Shown here: positions 63,201 to 64,000 of the stretch, in pieces
Numbering within the stretch: position 1 is the first letter of the stretch
Layout of the letters: each line of letters opens with the position of its first letter
Source: Dicyema japonicum
Taxonomy: Eukaryota > Animalia > Dicyemida
NCBI GenBank assembly: GCA_011109175.1
Contig: RDEW01000011.1
Location: 621,061 to 685,060 of the forward strand
Length of the DNA stretch: 64,000 nucleotides
Direction of reading: 5' to 3'
Made by a program: the position numbers and the translations under genes
Notes under the pieces: model-generated
Databases searched by the model: none
What the model was told of the DNA's origin: nothing
The model's input: only the letters and a program-made list of their open reading frames with translations

Positions 63201-64000
63201 TACATATTTTATAGTTCATGCTTCCTAAGGGAAGCCAATCTACCAGAAATGCCCGTCTCTTAATAACTCACAATTACCACGTGTCTTATAATTAAATTAC
63301 TCATCTCTATTAGCATTAATTAGAATTTTTATTCAAATGTAAAAAAGGTTTTACTGTCATTCAAGTCCCCTAACGTCAAGCCCTACCCTTTGAACAACTT
63401 AATGTATGCTGAAATGTGAAGGGGTAAATTAAAATAATCCTATTTTAACCACATTAACCCAAAAAAGACCAAAAAAGGTATTTCGCGATGTTACGTTTAT
63501 ATTCGATTATAGTTCGTTACGTCGTCGCAACGAAATTTCGACAGTTTTAAATTTGCGCAAACCTGTCAGCCGCTTTTAGTGCCTGATAAAAACTAGAAGT
63601 AGTTAACTTTAGTGGTGAGGTTGTGAAGTCAATCTCCACGTGTTTAATCCACGTTTGGACTGTCAATGACAGAGGGATAAAAGACTGAAGAGTCACCACG
63701 TCAGTATTTGCCTCAATGCAGAGGATCAATCCGCTGCTATCAAGACAAGTCAAAGAAGGTTTTCTTTTTTTTCAATTCCTTCGCTCAAACTTTTGATCAA
63801 ACAGCATCATCCAATAGCATATCCTTCGTCGACCATCCCAATATATCAGTTCCCCGTGAGCCAGATGGCTATGGACAACTTACTCGTATAAGTCATCCAC
63901 TTTAACTTTGTTTTAGTGGTGCTTAAAGAACTTGCCCCCAATACCATCTCAGGTTATGGAAAAGGATNGATTTTTTGTTGCGCACTAGTTCTCTTAGGTA

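Overview
AT-rich eukaryotic genomic DNA, most likely from an animal with ultra-short introns. A dicyemid or myxozoan-type parasite is a guess, not shown by the sequence. A few compact host genes sit in a dense field of transposon remnants. Seven recognisable genes were reconstructed by hand using 22-31 nt GT-AG introns: ZNF474-like C2HC zinc finger, UROS, SmB/SNRPB, UBC12/UBE2M, RTF1, OBI1/RNF219 and GINS3/PSF3. There is also one orphan gene candidate. The ZNF474-like and PSF3 copies carry frame disruptions. Mobile elements include Buster-type hAT transposons (two with intact 8-bp TSDs), pogo/Tigger derivatives, CRE-clade RLE retrotransposons, Ingi/Vingi-like APE LINEs, RTE LINEs and at least two tRNA-derived SINE families. 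The most notable observations are: (1) a 122-nt insert in a hAT transposase built from templated copies of the two flanking genes; (2) CRE-like retrotransposons with an N-terminal PHD finger; (3) all six introns of 3n length carry an in-frame stop; (4) a degenerate 2A-like motif ahead of a LINE endonuclease; (5) a SINE core shared across divergent tRNA heads; (6) apparent excess of CACGTG. No CRISPR array, rRNA or bona fide tRNA gene was found. All family assignments come from remembered motifs, not database searches.
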